The notes under the pieces are model-generated. The model did not search any database. It saw nothing but the letters and a program-made list of their open reading frames with translations, and had not been told where the DNA came from. A stretch of DNA of 60,171 nt from NCBI GenBank assembly GCA_041664225.1, contig JBAYLE010000005.1, positions 1-60,171 of the forward strand, read 5' to 3'. Below are positions 57,359 through 60,171 of this stretch, piece after piece (the stretch's first letter is position 1; each line of letters begins with the position of its first letter). A program made the translations under genes and the position numbers. Source of the stretch: Parcubacteria group bacterium. GTDB lineage: Bacteria; Patescibacteriota; Minisyncoccia; Moranbacterales; UBA2206.

Positions 57359-60109
57359 ATGAAAAATTTATTTTCACAAAAAAAGGGCTGGGCTTTGATT
57401 TTCTTCCTCTTAGTTTTTTTAGTTACTTTTAGTTTCAGTGAAAAGGCGGAAGCTGCAATTTGTGGCTGTCCTAATAATAAAAACTGTCCTGCATCCTCCT
57501 CCTGCTACGACGATGGATATGGCAATTATAGTTGCTATTCATACTCAGGGGGTGACGGGTGTGTTGCCTGTACGCCATCTTTTCCTATTACCATTAATAG
57601 TTTTTATGCCAGCCCTCCTGCTGTTTTAAAAAATACCTCAACTACCCTGTATTGGAGTACCAGCGGTTCTGGAACCTATTCTTGCAAGGTGCAGTATTTA
57701 GTATACTGGCTTCCACCATCTTATCGCGTATTGTCTGCCACAGCGACAAGCGGTTCAGTAGTAATGGATCTTGATACTGAGGCAAAAAACGTGTCTTTAA
57801 TTTGTTGGCAGACGGCAGGGACGGGCCATACTACTTGTAATTCTGGGGCCAATGCCAAGATTACTGTTGATGTGCACAAAACCGAAACTAACAGCACAAC
57901 TACCACTTGCACATGCGATGGTTCGATTCCGGGTGGGAGTGTCACTTGCCCGGGAGCCGGTAATCCTTGGACATCCGGAGTTCCAGCTTCCTGGCACAAT
58001 GTAGGTTCTTGCACGGGACAGCCCTGTGAATACACGACGCCGGCGCCTACCTGCAGTATCTCATATTCCCCAGGTACAATTACCTCTCCGGGCAGTTCCA
58101 CAGCCACGGTGACTATGAATAATGTTACCAGCGCCACCTATGGCTGTACCGGCCCTCAACCGGTTGCATCTGGAAGCGGCTTGGGTGTTGCCGCCAGTGC
58201 TACTTATGTATTTACCTTTCCTGCTGGCCAAACCGGCACGGAAACATGCACAGCGTCCGTGTCAGGTCCTGGTGGTTCAAGCTCTTGCAGCGGTTCAGTT
58301 GTTGTTAACGCTCCCGCCAACCAAGATCCTGAAGGCGGAGTAGAGTCTGGAGGAACTTGTACTAATGGCACCATACATCTTTGGGGCTGGGCTATTGACC
58401 GAGACGCACTCACTACCAGCATACCCGTCCATTTTTACGAAGGCGGAACCTACAAAGGTCAATGTAATACCACTACGCTTAGATCCGATATCAATACCGC
58501 CTATGGTACCACTGGCAACCATGGCTTTGACTGCTATATTTCTGGATTTTCTGCTGGCAACCATACCATTACAACGTATGCAATCAATACTCCAGCTGGC
58601 AATAATCCGGCTTTGCCTTGGGGGACCAATCCGCAAACTGTCAATTGCCCCGTAACTGACTGCGCCCTCCCCTGGGGCGGCACGCTAGCCAATGGTTCCA
58701 GCGTTACTGCCTATCAGGCCAGCTCGGTTCCATGCGGATCCACTTGCACCAGCCAAACTAGAACCTGCAACAGCGGTACCTTAAGCGGCACCTACACCAG
58801 CCAGACCTGTTCGGTATCCGGTTGTCTTTCCTGCAACCGTCCTTGTGGCGGATCAACCATCAGTGGCAACTGGGGCGCTTTATGCTATCAATCCGCCTCC
58901 GTACCGTGCGGATCCAGTTGTTCCTCATCCCAGGGTTACTGTAATAATGGTCTCTGGACAACCCCATATGCGGCTGGTTCTACCGCAGCCAGTTGTAGCG
59001 TAGCGGCTTGCGTTTCTTGTGCCTCTCCTTGCGGACTTTCCGCCACGACTAGTGGTAATTGGGGGCCTTTCTGTTATCTGGCCAGTTCAGTGCCTTGCGG
59101 ATCCAGTTGTTCCTCATCCCAAGGTTATTGTTTTAATGGTAACTGGATAACTCCATATACGGCTGGCTCTACCGCAGCCAGTTGTAGCGTAGCGGCTTGT
59201 CCGACTTGCACCCTCCCATGGGGCGGCACGATTGCCAATGGCTCCAGTGTCACCGCCTACCAAAACAGCTCTGTTGCTTGTGGCAGTAGTTGCGTCAGTC
59301 AAACCCGTACCTGTAACAGCGGAGTTCTGAGCGGCACTTACACTAATCAGAATTGTTCTGTGGCGGCTTGTTCCTGCAATTTGCCGTGGGGCGGTACTCT
59401 AGCCAATGGCTCTAGTGTCACTGCCTACCAAGCCAGCTCCGTGCCTTGCGGTTCCAGCTGTTCTAGTCAAACCAGAACATGCAATAGCGGAGTTCTCTCT
59501 GGCAGCTACACCAGTCAGACTTGCAGCGTGGCGGGCTGTACTTCCTGCGTCTCTCCTTGCGGACTGGCTGCTACGGCCAGCGGCAATTGGGGAGCCTTCT
59601 GCTATCTGGCCGGTTCTGTCCCTTGTGGATCAAATTGTCTTTTGATTGCATCAGAGGGTTACTGTCAAAACGGTGTCTGGACAACACCTTACGCTGTTGG
59701 CGCCACTAGTGGGTCTTGTAGTGTAGCAGCTTGCGCTTCCTGCGTCTTGCCATGGGGTGGCAGCATTCCTTCCGGCAACAACGTTGTTGCTTATCAAGCT
59801 AGTTCCGTTCCGTGCGGATCCAGTTGCTCTCCCCAAGTGAGAACCTGCACCAACGGCTTCCTGAGCGGCAGCTATGCCAATCAAAATTGCTCGGCCACCG
59901 GTTGCCTCGGCTGCACTGCGCCGTGGGGAACAGCAATGGTTTCTGGCGGAGCAGTCACTGCCTGCCAATCCGCTTCCGTCCCGTGTGGGTCAAGCTGTGC
60001 CTGTGAAACTCGCACCTGTACCAACGGCGTTCTTTCTGGCAGCTTCACTGTTCAAGGACCTTGCAGCGTCCAAGTTTGTGACAAAAATTGGAAAGAAGTG
60101 GCCCCTTAA
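57359..60109 (+). CDS. Large exported Cys/Ser/Thr/Gly-rich modular repeat protein
   Basis: N-terminal KKG-WALIFFLLVFLVTF hydrophobic segment, a central GW...HGF beta-domain, and eight C-terminal Cys-rich modules of two types. Confidence 0.8.
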   Translation: MKNLFSQKKGWALIFFLLVFLVTFSFSEKAEAAICGCPNNKNCPASSSCYDDGYGNYSCYSYSGGDGCVACTPSFPITINSFYASPPAVLKNTSTTLYWSTSGSGTYSCKVQYLVYWLPPSYRVLSATATSGSVVMDLDTEAKNVSLICWQTAGTGHTTCNSGANAKITVDVHKTETNSTTTTCTCDGSIPGGSVTCPGAGNPWTSGVPASWHNVGSCTGQPCEYTTPAPTCSISYSPGTITSPGSSTATVTMNNVTSATYGCTGPQPVASGSGLGVAASATYVFTFPAGQTGTETCTASVSGPGGSSSCSGSVVVNAPANQDPEGGVESGGTCTNGTIHLWGWAIDRDALTTSIPVHFYEGGTYKGQCNTTTLRSDINTAYGTTGNHGFDCYISGFSAGNHTITTYAINTPAGNNPALPWGTNPQTVNCPVTDCALPWGGTLANGSSVTAYQASSVPCGSTCTSQTRTCNSGTLSGTYTSQTCSVSGCLSCNRPCGGSTISGNWGALCYQSASVPCGSSCSSSQGYCNNGLWTTPYAAGSTAASCSVAACVSCASPCGLSATTSGNWGPFCYLASSVPCGSSCSSSQGYCFNGNWITPYTAGSTAASCSVAACPTCTLPWGGTIANGSSVTAYQNSSVACGSSCVSQTRTCNSGVLSGTYTNQNCSVAACSCNLPWGGTLANGSSVTAYQASSVPCGSSCSSQTRTCNSGVLSGSYTSQTCSVAGCTSCVSPCGLAATASGNWGAFCYLAGSVPCGSNCLLIASEGYCQNGVWTTPYAVGATSGSCSVAACASCVLPWGGSIPSGNNVVAYQASSVPCGSSCSPQVRTCTNGFLSGSYANQNCSATGCLGCTAPWGTAMVSGGAVTACQSASVPCGSSCACETRTCTNGVLSGSFTVQGPCSVQVCDKNWKEVAP
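58661..60078 (+). repeat. Eight tandem coding modules (about 55-65 aa each) of two alternating types, order A-B-B-A-A-B-A-A
   Basis: Type A: C.LPWGG.(I/L)ANGSSVTAYQ.SSV.CGS.C.SQTRTCNSG.LSG.YT.Q.CSV..C. Type B: C.SC..PCG....SGNWG..CY...SVPCGS.C....GYC.NG.W.TPY..G....SCSVAAC. Confidence 0.85.
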
Positions 60110-60171
60110 CCTTATAGGTAACAACTAATTTTTAATAAACATAAAAAAATGGAAAACAAAAAAATCACCAC

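Noticed and set aside
1-60171. Alternative genetic code (UGA or UAG recoding, as in some CPR lineages)
   Set aside because: Well-conserved genes terminate at TGA, TAA and TAG at the expected lengths. Examples are TGA ending the 56337 gene, TAG ending smpB and the 17028 ORF, and TAA ending ftsZ. No in-frame stops interrupt conserved proteins.

Overview
This is a compact bacterial window using the standard code (TGA is used as a stop). Genes are small and tightly packed, and many hypotheticals are membrane-anchored. That style resembles Patescibacteria/CPR-like genomes, but this is inference only. Housekeeping content runs in this order: tRNA-Leu(CAA); parA-parB; a short Rel; topA; dprA; pth; an LCP protein; lepB; hisS; HIT; rpsU; yqeY. 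A long purine block follows: guaA, purD, a purN-like gene, a purS-L fusion, purQ, purE, purM, purC and purB. After it come ybeY, dgkA and ftsA-ftsZ, then a glycan/envelope cluster, then rplT-rpmI-infC, tmRNA and smpB. Three regions stand out. (1) 45.9-60.1 kb holds a same-strand cluster built on a His-Xaa-Ser (Hxs-like) core: two HxsD-like proteins, an rSAM/SPASM enzyme, and an 84-aa peptide with six H-x-S triplets. The core is expanded to six radical-SAM enzymes, an HD-domain protein, a beta-rich unknown, an A24-like membrane aspartic peptidase and two Cys-rich exported proteins. This is my best candidate for an undescribed system. (2) 6.7-11.3 kb holds a PspA/IM30-like gene inside a module of membrane-anchored coiled-coil proteins, plus an orphan promoter with a structured non-coding stretch. 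(3) The purine block lacks purF/purK/purH in this window, carries three embedded uncharacterised genes (two HAD-like, one P-loop), and has a shared promoter-operator and a 34-bp palindrome. All calls come from reading motifs by eye. No database search, folding or composition calculation was run. RNA and motif ends are +/-2 nt; my manual frame trace at the smpB 3' end disagreed with the ORF track by 1 nt.
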